64,000 nucleotides of DNA from Candidatus Chisholmbacteria bacterium RIFCSPHIGHO2_01_FULL_52_32 (lineage in GTDB: Bacteria; Patescibacteriota; Microgenomatia; UBA1400; Chisholmbacteraceae). The notes beneath the pieces were generated by a model. The model did not search any database, was not told the DNA's origin, and saw only the letters and a list, made by a program, of their open reading frames with translations. Every line of letters starts with the position of its first letter. Within the stretch, counting starts at the first letter, position 1. The stretch covers positions 82,100-146,099 of the forward strand of contig MHCJ01000003.1 in assembly GCA_001816585.1 (NCBI GenBank), given 5' to 3'. The translations under genes were made by a program, and so were the position numbers. Below, one piece after another: positions 28,630-38,594 of this stretch.

Positions 28630-29370
28630 ATGGAAGATTCTGAACAGAGAAGCGGGAACGGGTTGCCTTCACCTGATCAGCCTCCGGGTCGAACCAGGCT
28701 TTCCGAAGTCATGGAAAAGTATCAGGGGCTGGTGAGGGAGATTTTTTACACCGGTCTTTCTGGAAAGAGAGCTAGGCTTCCGTACGACGATTACAGCAAA
28801 GCTTCCGAGACCCAGCAACAGCAGATCATGCGGGCACTTCATGAGGCAGCCGTTGCGGACGGAAAAAGGATCATTCTTGAAGTTGGGCCGGGGGAGCGTT
28901 TGAGTCCTTTGGAATCTGCGGTCTTTCGGCCGGATACGGTCGTTTTTGCTATTGATCCGTTCTTCGTGCCGAAGGAAACCTATGGTTCCGACCCGGCTCG
29001 CGAACTGACCGAACGTGCAAAGCAGCGAAAGACGTTTGCGGCGTTTTTCGGACTTGCAGCAGAAACCATAGACCCACAACTACGATTTGACCGTGTCCAG
29101 ACGGTCTTCCCCAATGCTTTTTCGCATGTTGAACTTGCCGTCTCTGCCAGCCGATTTGTCAAGAAAGGCGGGGATTTGGTCGTGGTGGTTGACCCGTTGC
29201 TCCACGGTGAACCGACCGCCGAAGACATTGTTGGCGCCCTGCCGAAGGATTTTGAGGCAGCTCTTACGACGATTGATCGGACCCAACTCAAGGATAGGTA
29301 CGGGATATCCGATACTGAATTGGCTCCCGATGCGCGGATGCCGGTCGTTCGGGCGGTTCGGAAATCATGA
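28630..29370 (+). CDS. Hypothetical protein (possible SAM-MTase-like 'ILEVGPGE' motif)
   Basis: 246-aa ORF. The motif resemblance is weak. Confidence 0.45.
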   Translation: MEDSEQRSGNGLPSPDQPPGRTRLSEVMEKYQGLVREIFYTGLSGKRARLPYDDYSKASETQQQQIMRALHEAAVADGKRIILEVGPGERLSPLESAVFRPDTVVFAIDPFFVPKETYGSDPARELTERAKQRKTFAAFFGLAAETIDPQLRFDRVQTVFPNAFSHVELAVSASRFVKKGGDLVVVVDPLLHGEPTAEDIVGALPKDFEAALTTIDRTQLKDRYGISDTELAPDARMPVVRAVRKS

Positions 29371-29396
29371 ATATGAAATAACCTTACGGAGGAAGG

Positions 29397-30191
29397 ATGA
29401 GCGAAAAATCACTCTTGCGGTCTGAAGTCGGACAGGGAAGGGCAGTTCCGGAAAGAAAAGAACTGCCGGGAACAGTCGTGGCTGTAGCCTGTATGGATGA
29501 GGCTTTAGGTTATAGTCCTGGGATACTGGTTGCCGGTGTCGGTGGTTCGGCTGTGACCGCGTATGAAACCGGCAATCAAACCTTCTTCCCGGATCAGAAG
29601 CGGAGGTTGGTTGAGCGGGTTCGGCCGGTACTCTACCATTCTCTGGGCAAGATGGCAGATCAACTGGGGCTCGGTTTTGGGGTGACGAGCCATGTCGGAT
29701 GCGGGTGGGCAGGAGTTCAAGGTATCGAGAGCATTTCTATTCCCAGGTTAACCCAAGCGATGTCGTTTGGGTTGGGAAGGGAGTATTTCGGCCACATCCC
29801 GTTTGCAAAAGAACCATCGGCACTAGATAAACCCGGTGTTGCAGCGTATACCAAAAGATCGGCGTCGGACCATTATCACAATGCAGAAAGTATCGTCTTG
29901 ACCGTTGGGGGGTTTATTTCCCAGAACGAGATTGACCGGATTGCCAGCCGGCATGGCAGGCCATTTATTCTCAGCGCTGATTGGTTGAATGATGTCGTCA
30001 TAAGCGGTGGTGATATCCATGAAGCGCTTGATTTTTTAGAGGTTGAAATCAATATCGCAAGAGGGATTGCGGAGGGTGTGGTGAAGCCGGGCGCATTTCA
30101 GATCTTTGATGGGCAGCGGCTTGATACGATGACTACAGTACGGAATCGGGCGTTTGTCCACCGCCTGTTGCAGCGGTTTACCCGGGCATAG
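29397..30191 (+). CDS. Hypothetical protein
   Basis: 264-aa ORF. Confidence 0.45.
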   Translation: MSEKSLLRSEVGQGRAVPERKELPGTVVAVACMDEALGYSPGILVAGVGGSAVTAYETGNQTFFPDQKRRLVERVRPVLYHSLGKMADQLGLGFGVTSHVGCGWAGVQGIESISIPRLTQAMSFGLGREYFGHIPFAKEPSALDKPGVAAYTKRSASDHYHNAESIVLTVGGFISQNEIDRIASRHGRPFILSADWLNDVVISGGDIHEALDFLEVEINIARGIAEGVVKPGAFQIFDGQRLDTMTTVRNRAFVHRLLQRFTRA

Positions 30192-30238
30192 GCTCTCTGC
30201 TTTTCAAGGCCGGAAAGGTGTCTTTATGTCCTTCGGCG

Positions 30239-31360
30239 TTAGAGGGAGAGGATGTTTTGGATGTTACTGAAGGAAGTGGGATTTTTCCCTTCGAGTTGTA
30301 CCTGATCGAGGATAAGAATAGGGTTTAACCTGCCTGCCGGTGGGGCAGGGGTATAGGGTTTAGGGTATAGGTGGGCAGTTAAGATTTTCATCCGTTTCTC
30401 TTCACTTTTAACTTTTAACTTTTGACTTTTAACTTTTACTTTCGTCCAGATACCTGGCCAGGGAGAGAAGGCGCGAACAGCACGCTCGAGAAAATCGGCT
30501 CGGCCGACCGAAATTTTCTTGGCTGCTGAAGGGTTATCTTGAATGGCTTTTCTCTTCTGTTGTGTCTGCCATGCCTTTGGCCTGGCCGTCGCAGCCGGCG
30601 AAAATTTGTCGACCTCGCTCTGTTGAAAAACTTCTTTGAGCCGTTGATTGAGCCTATTTGGGGCGAAAAGTTTCCCTGCCATTGCCTGTTGGATGAGTTT
30701 CCAGGGAACAAAGCCATCATCGCGGGTGAGGCGGGGAGCGTAGGTGGCTCTCAGATGATCTTGTGCGCGGGGAGTGATCTTTCCTTCCACCCACGAGCGG
30801 AGGATGGTGATGAGGACTTCGCCGCCTTTAGAAAAAAGACGTTGGTAGAGCGTTTTTGAGGTGTCGTCCGCGCGGATTTCTTCCTTGAACTGAGCGATAA
30901 TCGGACCGTGGTCAAACTGCTCATCCATCCTGATGATCGTCATTCCGGTTTCTTTTTCGCCGGTGAGAATGGCGAACTCTCCGGGTGAGGCGCCGCGGAA
31001 TTTTGGCAGAAGAGAGGGGTGAAGGTTGAGACACCCATGCTTGGGGTAGTCGAGGAGTTCCTTTGGAATGAGTTGGGCGTAGTCAGCGACGATCGCAACA
31101 TCCAGCTGTGGAAGGTTTAATACCTTTATGGGAGTCTCCCTTAAAGGTGCGGGGGTTATGACGGGAATGAAATGTTCTTTAGCAAAAGTGTGGGGCGGGG
31201 TTTTGGTTAATATCTGTCTTCTGCCTACCGGACGAGGCGGAGCGGTTATTACGAGTTTTACTGGAAACCTCGCGTCTAATAAGGCTTTGAGGACGGTTAC
31301 CGAGTTTGGGGAAGAGCCAAAGAAGGCTAAAGAAAACGGTCGGTTCATCGAATTGATCAT
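30239..31360 (-). CDS. fmt: Methionyl-tRNA formyltransferase Fmt (with C-terminal repeat-derived insertion)
   Basis: N-terminal formyltransferase domain (…LNLHPSLLPKFRGASP…). A ~30-aa low-complexity insert 'KVKVKSQKLKVKSEEK…HLYPKPYTP' is encoded by the AAAGTTAAAAGT and GGGTTTAGGG repeat units at 30349-30445. Confidence 0.8.
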   Translation of the reverse strand: MINSMNRPFSLAFFGSSPNSVTVLKALLDARFPVKLVITAPPRPVGRRQILTKTPPHTFAKEHFIPVITPAPLRETPIKVLNLPQLDVAIVADYAQLIPKELLDYPKHGCLNLHPSLLPKFRGASPGEFAILTGEKETGMTIIRMDEQFDHGPIIAQFKEEIRADDTSKTLYQRLFSKGGEVLITILRSWVEGKITPRAQDHLRATYAPRLTRDDGFVPWKLIQQAMAGKLFAPNRLNQRLKEVFQQSEVDKFSPAATARPKAWQTQQKRKAIQDNPSAAKKISVGRADFLERAVRAFSPWPGIWTKVKVKSQKLKVKSEEKRMKILTAHLYPKPYTPAPPAGRLNPILILDQVQLEGKNPTSFSNIQNILSL

Positions 31361-31374
31361 ATACCCTTGTTGGA

Positions 31375-31998
31375 TCAGAAGAGGGGCGCATATGCGAGGG
31401 ATACTTCTTCAAGCTTTTCACCTTTTGCCTCGTAGATCGGGAGATTGTCTTTTACCGATCGGTCGGTAAAAAGGATGCCGTTTAAGTGGTCGAGTTCGTG
31501 TTGAAAAACCCTGGATGGGAAGTCAATGAGCGTTTCGCTTCGCTTGCGCAGGGCATAGGGTTTAGGGATTAGGGTAGAGTATTTGACGGTTACCCACCGG
31601 TGGCGATAGACGGGACCCCAGAAGCCCGGAATTGAGAGACATCCTTCGAGGGTGGGTTTTTCTTTGTTCGGACCTAAGGTCAGTTCAGGTGAGGCCTCGA
31701 TGATCTCGGGGTTGATGATGATTTGGAGGATCGGTTTTTCCTTGTCTTCCGGATCGCCCGATGGGGGGAGGAGGATGGCAAAGACGCGGAGGGTTTTACC
31801 GATTTGGACCGCGGAGAGACCGACTCCGCGGGGACTGCGGCTTTGCAGGGTATCTCCGAGATCCTTGATCAGGCGTTGGGTTTTTCTGTCGATTGACTGG
31901 ATCGTCTTTGAAGTTTGCCGGAGGATCGGGTTGGGAACGGTGAGGATTTTTTTCATTCCTCCATTATACCAGCTAGACTTTCGGGTATAGATTGACAT
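31375..31998 (-). CDS. def: Peptide deformylase Def (with repeat-derived insertion)
   Basis: 'GVGLSAVQIG' and 'HELDHLNG' motifs. The in-frame insert 'YSTLIPKPYAL' is encoded by the tagggtttagggattaggg repeat at 31553-31585. Confidence 0.8.
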   Translation of the reverse strand: MSIYTRKSSWYNGGMKKILTVPNPILRQTSKTIQSIDRKTQRLIKDLGDTLQSRSPRGVGLSAVQIGKTLRVFAILLPPSGDPEDKEKPILQIIINPEIIEASPELTLGPNKEKPTLEGCLSIPGFWGPVYRHRWVTVKYSTLIPKPYALRKRSETLIDFPSRVFQHELDHLNGILFTDRSVKDNLPIYEAKGEKLEEVSLAYAPLF

Positions 31999-32060
31999 AA
32001 GTTGCCCTATAATATATACTTCTGAGGCTATTGATCGTATAGTTTATACTATAAAAGATT

Positions 32061-32537
32061 ATGCCATACGTTGAAAAATGGGTTGTGCCTCATGATCGCG
32101 AAACACTGCTTTGGCAAGTGCAACAGGTTTTTCCTGATCCCAAGCCATTGCCCACCGGCATTTGGTCGAATACCGAACTGGCGGAGGTGTTTGGCGCGAA
32201 GGTATTAAACGAATTGGTATCTGCGTTTAAATATGAAGCTGAAGGGAACCCGATGATGCTTCGGATGGTTCTTTCCCAAGGAGCCGAGAAGGCGATGATT
32301 TCCCAAAAGGAAAGTGAGCGGGACGTGCCCTCGCCACATATGGAAACGAAGAAAAATTTCGGAGCGGAGGAGCGAGCCAGGATGTTTCATGAGATGAGTG
32401 AAGCGGAATGCCGCCACTACGAAGGACTTTCGGAAGCGTTCGAATTGTGGATGAATTTAGACGGGGAACTACAGCAGATTGCAGATGCGCGTGACCTGCA
32501 GCGTCTTCGCCTGGAATTAATCCCCAAGGCGGCTTGA
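32061..32537 (+). CDS. Hypothetical protein
   Basis: 158-aa ORF. Confidence 0.45.
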   Translation: MPYVEKWVVPHDRETLLWQVQQVFPDPKPLPTGIWSNTELAEVFGAKVLNELVSAFKYEAEGNPMMLRMVLSQGAEKAMISQKESERDVPSPHMETKKNFGAEERARMFHEMSEAECRHYEGLSEAFELWMNLDGELQQIADARDLQRLRLELIPKAA

Positions 32538-32620
32538 TTATTTCGTAAAAGTTAGCGACTCTTAACGGCTGTCTTTGGGACCGACAGGCGGTTTCTTTTT
32601 TTTGGCTTGAAACTTAAGCA

Positions 32621-32670
32621 GAAGTATCGTTAACTATGCGACGATCGTCGCATAGATAAGAACATTTAAG
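32621..32670. repeat. 3'-flank palindrome element (…AGTATCGTTAACTATGCGACGATCGTCGCATAGATAAGAACATTTAAG…), second copy at 47888-47938
   Basis: Contains a 22-bp perfect palindrome, CTATGCGACGATCGTCGCATAG. A near-identical block follows the topA stop codon. Confidence 0.45.
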
Positions 32671-32696
32671 TCATCACTGTCTTGGGGGCAGTCACC

Positions 32697-35132
32697 CTAT
32701 TTCCTTATCTCATTCCTCTTCCCAGACACCGTCGCCAGGCGCTCAAGGGCGTTCAGCGCTGTTTGGTTACTCGGGAAAAACTCCAGAATAGCTTGGTACT
32801 CAAGTTTGGCGTCTTCGAGTTGGCCTTTCTTTTCAAAGGCTGCAGCTAGCGCGAGTCCCGCTGGTTCGTAGTCCGGCTTGAGTCCGACCGATTGTTTGAA
32901 TCCTTCTATGGCTTTATTTGGCTCATCCGCGGCATAGAAGAGACCGAGGTTGTAGGGGAGTTTGGGGTCGGTGGGGGCGAGCTCTATAGCCCGCTTCAGT
33001 GCTTTTTCTGCTTCTTGGCGATAGAGAGGATCAACGGCGGAAAGATGGAGCATGGTTGCGGCGCGGTTTTTCAGGAAATTGAGGTGTACCGGGTTTTGCA
33101 GAAAGACGAGATCAGAATGGATTTTTGCAAGCTGGGCAAACTGAGCGGACGACGTCGCTTCCTGGCTCTGGGCGAGGGCTGAGGCAGAGCGAGCCAGATC
33201 GAGACTGAGACGATCGCGGAAGAGCGGTTCGCCGGGAACCAGTCGCACCGCCCGCTGCATGAGGAGGAGGCCTTGACTGATTTTATCGGCATCGGAGAGG
33301 GCTTTGCCTTCGGTAAACAAGCGGTCTGCATACCAGCGGGTCATGACTTGGAAGAGGAGAACGATGGCTATGGCAATGACAATGATACTGAGGAGCCATT
33401 GGTAAAGCGACGGCTGTTTCTCATTTACTTCCTCCTCGTTGTTTATTGACGTAGGTTCTTTGGGACTTAGGGCGATGGCAAAGGCCGGAAACATGAAAAA
33501 GAGAAGACCGTCCGTGACCGTTGAGAAGCCGAAGAAGTTGGTGATGAGGACACCGAGGAAGCCAGAGAGAAAGGCGGGGAGGAGTGAATTATGAAGGATG
33601 AATAATGAATTAGGGGGGGAGTCGCTTTTAGTTTCACTACTATTCATGATTCTTGATTCATGATTCTTGATTCCTATCTGCCTGATTGACCAGAAGATAT
33701 AGGAGGCGATGAAGAAGAGATAGGTTCCCAGGCCGAATGCGCCCGTGGTAGCCAAGAAATTCAGGTATTCGTTGTGGGCTTTGTTGTAGAGGAAATCCCA
33801 TTCGGAGACGAAGTTGTGCTCGATGGGACGAAAGTTGTAGTACGAGTAGGCGAAGGTTTCAACACCGGAGCCGAACAAGGGCCAATGGCGCCAGACTTCA
33901 ATGGCGCCGCGCCAGACAATTTTTCGAATTTCGCCGGATTCCGTTCCTCCAAGTTCCGCGAGCGGAGCTTTCGAAAGTGCAGCTTCACTTTGGGCGGTTT
34001 CCGTGGTTGGCCCAATCCGGTTTATGATTGACATTGCGGACGGAGTGAAGGGGGTGCCTACCACTGCCGTTAAAAGGAGAATGAGGCTCGTTGTCACAAG
34101 GAAAGATTTTGCCGCTTGTTTTTGTTGTCGGACGGTTCGCCAAGCGAGGAGCCAAAACGCTCCATACATGAGTGTAAATCCCAGGAGTCCGGAGCGGGAT
34201 TTGGTGTAGAGGAGGGTGAGGAAAAAGATACCAAACAGCGTGTACGGCATAAGGATTGAAAACGCTCGTGGTGCAACAATTTTTTGGTCGCTAACGGTTG
34301 CATTTCCAGCGCTTGCCTTTGATGGAGGATTTACCAGGCCGATTGCCTGGCCTAAGCGACGCGCAAAATTGGCGCCCCGCGCGTTTCTGTCTAAAAGTTG
34401 TTTCTCTGAAAGGAGAGGGGTGAGCGTGAGGGGGGTGACCATGACGAGAAGGGCAGCGAGCCAGTTGGGTTGACCCAGGGTTGAAAATACCCGATTGCGA
34501 ACATCCTGTACCCAATAGTTTTCATCAATACCGAAGTGCTCGAGGATTCCGTAGAGAGAAACGATGGTGGTAGAGATGATGAGGAAGAAGAGAGAGAGCT
34601 TAAGCGGCGAGGTCGGCGAACGAAATTTCTTTGGCTGCATACGGTTCGATTTAGTTGCTGATTCTTTTCCTGTTTCGCCTGCAAGGTTGCTAGCCTTGCC
34701 TATCCAGCCAGCAGAAATTTGTTCCCCGCCCTCTCGTTTATAAGAGAGAAATGATGACATGTTTGAAACAAACGCGTAGTAGAGCAGGATGTAGGAGATG
34801 GTTGAGAAGAGACCACCGTGGAATCGGGAGTAGTATCCGAAGAGCGAGGTGTGCGGCTCGATAGAAAGGACGGTGCTTGCGACTTGGGAGATTAAAAAGA
34901 GCAGGATGGGGATATCCAATGGCGTTTTTCTAAAGAGAATACGCTTTTTTATCACCATCCTTATCAACCATGAAGCGGTAATGATGATCGTTCCCAGGTA
35001 CACCGTTATCATTTTATTGAACTGGAAGAGTTCGACGTGGCCGGGGAGAAAGATGAGGGGGACAGCGAAGAACAGGGTGTAGAAGGTGAGGCGGATGGTT
35101 TTGTGGGCTATGGCTTCACTATCCATGAGCAT
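32697..35132 (-). CDS. Large polytopic membrane protein, O-antigen-ligase/polymerase-like N-terminus with C-terminal TPR repeats
   Basis: 811 aa with more than 10 predicted TM helices, then a TPR-like C-terminus (…AYQAILEFFPSNQTALNALERLA…). It carries an in-frame ATTCATGATTC-repeat insert at 33586-33675. Confidence 0.6.
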   Translation of the reverse strand: MLMDSEAIAHKTIRLTFYTLFFAVPLIFLPGHVELFQFNKMITVYLGTIIITASWLIRMVIKKRILFRKTPLDIPILLFLISQVASTVLSIEPHTSLFGYYSRFHGGLFSTISYILLYYAFVSNMSSFLSYKREGGEQISAGWIGKASNLAGETGKESATKSNRMQPKKFRSPTSPLKLSLFFLIISTTIVSLYGILEHFGIDENYWVQDVRNRVFSTLGQPNWLAALLVMVTPLTLTPLLSEKQLLDRNARGANFARRLGQAIGLVNPPSKASAGNATVSDQKIVAPRAFSILMPYTLFGIFFLTLLYTKSRSGLLGFTLMYGAFWLLAWRTVRQQKQAAKSFLVTTSLILLLTAVVGTPFTPSAMSIINRIGPTTETAQSEAALSKAPLAELGGTESGEIRKIVWRGAIEVWRHWPLFGSGVETFAYSYYNFRPIEHNFVSEWDFLYNKAHNEYLNFLATTGAFGLGTYLFFIASYIFWSIRQIGIKNHESRIMNSSETKSDSPPNSLFILHNSLLPAFLSGFLGVLITNFFGFSTVTDGLLFFMFPAFAIALSPKEPTSINNEEEVNEKQPSLYQWLLSIIVIAIAIVLLFQVMTRWYADRLFTEGKALSDADKISQGLLLMQRAVRLVPGEPLFRDRLSLDLARSASALAQSQEATSSAQFAQLAKIHSDLVFLQNPVHLNFLKNRAATMLHLSAVDPLYRQEAEKALKRAIELAPTDPKLPYNLGLFYAADEPNKAIEGFKQSVGLKPDYEPAGLALAAAFEKKGQLEDAKLEYQAILEFFPSNQTALNALERLATVSGKRNEIRK

Positions 35133-35185
35133 CTATTGTAACAAAGATCGGCGATCCTGTTCGGGTTGACAGGTGCCGAAGCGAT

Positions 35186-35566
35186 GTGGGAAAATGCGGG
35201 CGTTTTAATATGTCGTTTGTGTGTAGCATAGGAGAGGGGGTGGATGGAATGGGAATTGCGGAAGGGGAAGGTTCACCGGCTAGGGAGAAGGATGTGATGG
35301 GATCCGTCGATGATGTGGTGGATTCTTCCTACTTATTACAACGACAAGAGCTCGCCGAAGGGGTTCCGCTGATCATCCGTTACGGAGATAGGGCATTGAT
35401 TTTGGTTTCCGGACCGTATACACCCGAGAGCGGTGATGTTCCGATGGTCGAGGCGTTGGAAGTTCAGGTACTTTCCGAGCGGAGCGGAGTTCATCCGGAT
35501 CGAGCTGTGGATATATTCAAAGAGGCATTGAGGAGGGAAGCGAGTCAGGAACCCACCGGGGTATAG
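35186..35566 (+). CDS. Hypothetical protein (uncertain; overlapping opposite-strand ORF exists)
   Basis: 126-aa ORF. Competing ORF at 35336..35839(-). Confidence 0.3.
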   Translation: MGKCGRFNMSFVCSIGEGVDGMGIAEGEGSPAREKDVMGSVDDVVDSSYLLQRQELAEGVPLIIRYGDRALILVSGPYTPESGDVPMVEALEVQVLSERSGVHPDRAVDIFKEALRREASQEPTGV

Positions 35567-35954
35567 GACGTTTCTGTAATTATTCTTGTTGATTCTTCCA
35601 AAGTTCTTCTTGCGCCACATGGCCTTTCTGTTATACTGGTCGCGGATTTTGTCCCAGATGGTGCTGGGGTCTGATGCTTTGGGATGTGGTTGTTCTTCTG
35701 CCTCCCACGCCGACAAAGATTTCCTTGCCTTTTTATGCATCCTGGCATCAGTTGATCGGACGTATGCAGGCATTTCACTTGTTAACTTTTGTTGCTCACA
35801 CCATTTATGTTCAACCGGCTCTTTGGTCTCTTCAGCCATGATATCGGGATAGACCTGGGCACCCTCCTTCGCGAGACTGCATTGCGCAGACTGCCTATTC
35901 GGCCGTTTCGCAAGCCGGTCGCTTCGGCAGGGCGAGCTGTCATAGGAACTTATT

Positions 35955-37046
35955 ATGTTTAATAGGTTTTTCGGATTATTCAGTCACGATATTGGAATAG
36001 ACCTTGGGACCGCAAATACCCTGGTATTAGTGCGGGGGAAAGGGATTGTGGTGCGGGAGCCATCGGTTGTCGCGCGCCATAAGAAAACCGGTGCGGTGTT
36101 GGCGATCGGCACGGAGGCAAAATTGATGGTGGGAAAGACCCCGCAAGCCATTGAGGCCTTGCGTCCTTTACGTGACGGGGTGATAGCGGATTTTGATGCG
36201 GCGGAGGCGATGCTTTCTTACTATATCCGCTTGGTTCATGAGACGCACGGTATCATCCCAAAGATTCCCCGCCCGAGAGTTGTGGTCGGTATTCCCTCAG
36301 GAGTTACGGAGGTGGAGCGGCGGGCTGTGCAGGAGGTTTGTCTGTCTGCCGGAGCGCGGGAGGCGTATCTAATTGAAGAGCCGATGGCAGCCGCAATCGG
36401 GGCAGGGCTTCCGATTGAGGCGCCTCAGGGCCACTTCATCGTTGATATCGGAGGAGGGACGACCGAGATCGCAGTCATCTCTTTGGGAGGGATTGTTCTC
36501 AATCGTTCGATCCGGATCGCGGGAGATGAATTGGATGAGGCAGTCCAATCTTTCGTGCGGCTGAAGTTCGGACTCTTACTCGGCCTGCCGAGCGCCGAGG
36601 AAGTCAAGATTGCGGTTGGGAGTGCCTACCCGTTTGAGGAGCAGGATCGTGATGAGACGACACAAGCAAAGAAGCGGTCTTCGGGAACCCTTCAGATCGT
36701 GGTCCGGGGGCGGGATCTGGAGACGGGACTGCCGAAGTCTTTGAAGATCAATAGCTTTGAGGTTCGTGAGGCGCTCTCACCGGTCATCCGACAGATCATT
36801 GAAGAAATCAAGGATACGCTTGAGGAGACGCCTCCGGAGCTGATTGCAGATGTTTTAGAGCACGGGATCACTATGGCAGGGGGAAGCTCGCTCCTCCGTG
36901 GGATTGATCGCTTGGTTTCGGAGGATACAAAGATGCCGGTGTGGGTGGCGGATGATCCTCAAACGGCGGTTGTACGGGGGTGCGGGATGTTGCTTGAAGA
37001 TGCGCGCCTTTTGTCCAAAGTGCGGGTGAGAGGAGCCTTAAGATAG
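35955..37046 (+). CDS. mreB: Rod shape-determining protein MreB
   Basis: 'IGIDLGTANTLV' actin-fold phosphate-1 motif. Full-length MreB. Confidence 0.9.
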   Translation: MFNRFFGLFSHDIGIDLGTANTLVLVRGKGIVVREPSVVARHKKTGAVLAIGTEAKLMVGKTPQAIEALRPLRDGVIADFDAAEAMLSYYIRLVHETHGIIPKIPRPRVVVGIPSGVTEVERRAVQEVCLSAGAREAYLIEEPMAAAIGAGLPIEAPQGHFIVDIGGGTTEIAVISLGGIVLNRSIRIAGDELDEAVQSFVRLKFGLLLGLPSAEEVKIAVGSAYPFEEQDRDETTQAKKRSSGTLQIVVRGRDLETGLPKSLKINSFEVREALSPVIRQIIEEIKDTLEETPPELIADVLEHGITMAGGSSLLRGIDRLVSEDTKMPVWVADDPQTAVVRGCGMLLEDARLLSKVRVRGALR

Positions 37047-37150
37047 TTAAAAGTTTCAAGTTAAAAATTCAAAGTTACAGTTTAATATTCAACATTGAAA
37101 CACTATCACTCATTCTTCTCTAATGCCTTTAACTTTTCACTTTTGACTTT
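37040..37150. repeat. AT-rich palindromic repeat block (AAAGTT/AACTTT family)
   Basis: 'gttaaaagtttcaagttaaaaattcaaagttacag…ctttaacttttcacttttgactttgatctttacac'. Confidence 0.45.
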
Positions 37151-37185
37151 GATCTTTACACTTCTCTTCCTGTATACTGCTGTCG

Positions 37186-37761
37186 ATGAAAAGCCTTGCC
37201 CATCTGATTTCGAGAATCTTTGATCCGATGGTTGAAATCCCAATTCTTCTGGGGCTGGCGGTGTGGTTTGCGTACCTCAATGGTTTTGCCTGGAAGTTCC
37301 TCCTTGTTCTCATGCTCATCGATGCTGTCATCCCTTTCCTCTTCTTTCTCCATCTCTACAGAACCCGGGAGGTTCATGATTGGGACATCTCGCGAAGGTG
37401 GGAACGGATCCCTGTTTATGGGTTTACTCTCCTGGCACACCTTGGTGGTATCGGATTGGCAATCCTGACCGGACGGACCGAAGTTGCCCAGATCCTGTCG
37501 GTGTTTTGGTTACTTGGGATACTTTTCTTCGGGCTGACGTTCTTCTGGAAGGTGAGCGTTCATGCCGGTGTGAACGCGGCCATGGCGACGTTCTTAGTGC
37601 TTATGGTAGGAGTGCAGTTTTCATGGGTTTATGGTTTGCTCATACCGGTTGGTTGGGCCCGGATTTCCTTGGGGCATCACACGTTCACCCAATTTTCCGT
37701 CGGTGCGCTTCTGGCAAGCTTGAGCATGTGGCTCGGATTTCGTCTTTTTGGTCTCGTCTAA
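37186..37761 (+). CDS. PAP2-family (phosphatidic-acid-phosphatase-like) membrane protein
   Basis: 6 TM helices. 'KVSVHAG' and 'SLGHHTFTQFSVG' resemble PAP2 motifs 2 and 3. Confidence 0.5.
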   Translation: MKSLAHLISRIFDPMVEIPILLGLAVWFAYLNGFAWKFLLVLMLIDAVIPFLFFLHLYRTREVHDWDISRRWERIPVYGFTLLAHLGGIGLAILTGRTEVAQILSVFWLLGILFFGLTFFWKVSVHAGVNAAMATFLVLMVGVQFSWVYGLLIPVGWARISLGHHTFTQFSVGALLASLSMWLGFRLFGLV

Positions 37762-38566
37762 GAATCCAGTTTCGGGGGGAGAAGTGAGGAAAGGTTTTTC
37801 ATCTTCACTGATCTTGTTTCTGAGTTTGGTGTTCGCCTCCATTCTCCTTTTTCTGGTTGACCGTTCCGGATGGATCAGGGAAGTGCGGGGAGGATTTGAG
37901 CGCTTACTCCTTCCTGTTGAGGGAGCCGTGTATCGGACCTCTCAGGGCTTGGTGACTCCGTTACGGTTGTTGCGGTTCGCCCGAAGCGGGACGGCGCGGA
38001 TCGCAGATTTGGAACGGCAAGTTTCGGAGCTTGCCGTTGATGCTGTCCGCGTTTGGGATTTGGAGAGGGAGAACGAGGCGATGCGAAAGCTCCTCGGTTC
38101 ACCACTTCCTCCTCAATGGATCTACGTTCCTGCCCCAATTGTCGGCAGGGGTGACGAGTTGGCCTTAGGGGTGGGAGAAGTTGCAGGAATTGCGGGTGGC
38201 GAGGCGGTTGTCTGGCAAGACATGTTGTTCGGTACTGTTGCCACTGTTTCGAAGCGGCAAAGCAGCGTCCGTCTGCTTACGGACCCTGAGAGCCGTATTC
38301 CCGTGTTCGTTCCCCGAAGCAGGGTTGATGGATTGGTTGAAGGGCGCTTCGGTTCTCAGGTGGTGTTGACTCAGGTGCTTCAATCCGGAGATCTTATTGA
38401 GGATGATTTGGTCGTGACGAGCGGAGAATCCGGCATTCCCAGAGGTCTCGTCGTTGGGAAAGTGGGGGCCGTTATTTCTGATGAGACGGATGTCTATAAA
38501 GAGTTGCTGGTTGAGCCGATTGTTGATATCGGACTTATTGATACCGTGTTTGTGATAAAAGGGTAA
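37748..38566 (+). CDS. mreC: Rod shape-determining protein MreC
   Basis: N-terminal TM segment, coiled-coil, then a beta-rich C-terminus (…LVVTSGESGIPRGLVVGKV…). It sits between mreB and mreD. Confidence 0.7.
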   Translation: MVSSKNPVSGGEVRKGFSSSLILFLSLVFASILLFLVDRSGWIREVRGGFERLLLPVEGAVYRTSQGLVTPLRLLRFARSGTARIADLERQVSELAVDAVRVWDLERENEAMRKLLGSPLPPQWIYVPAPIVGRGDELALGVGEVAGIAGGEAVVWQDMLFGTVATVSKRQSSVRLLTDPESRIPVFVPRSRVDGLVEGRFGSQVVLTQVLQSGDLIEDDLVVTSGESGIPRGLVVGKVGAVISDETDVYKELLVEPIVDIGLIDTVFVIKG

Positions 38567-38594
38567 TGCAAGGGCAACCCATTCGGCAAGCTCA

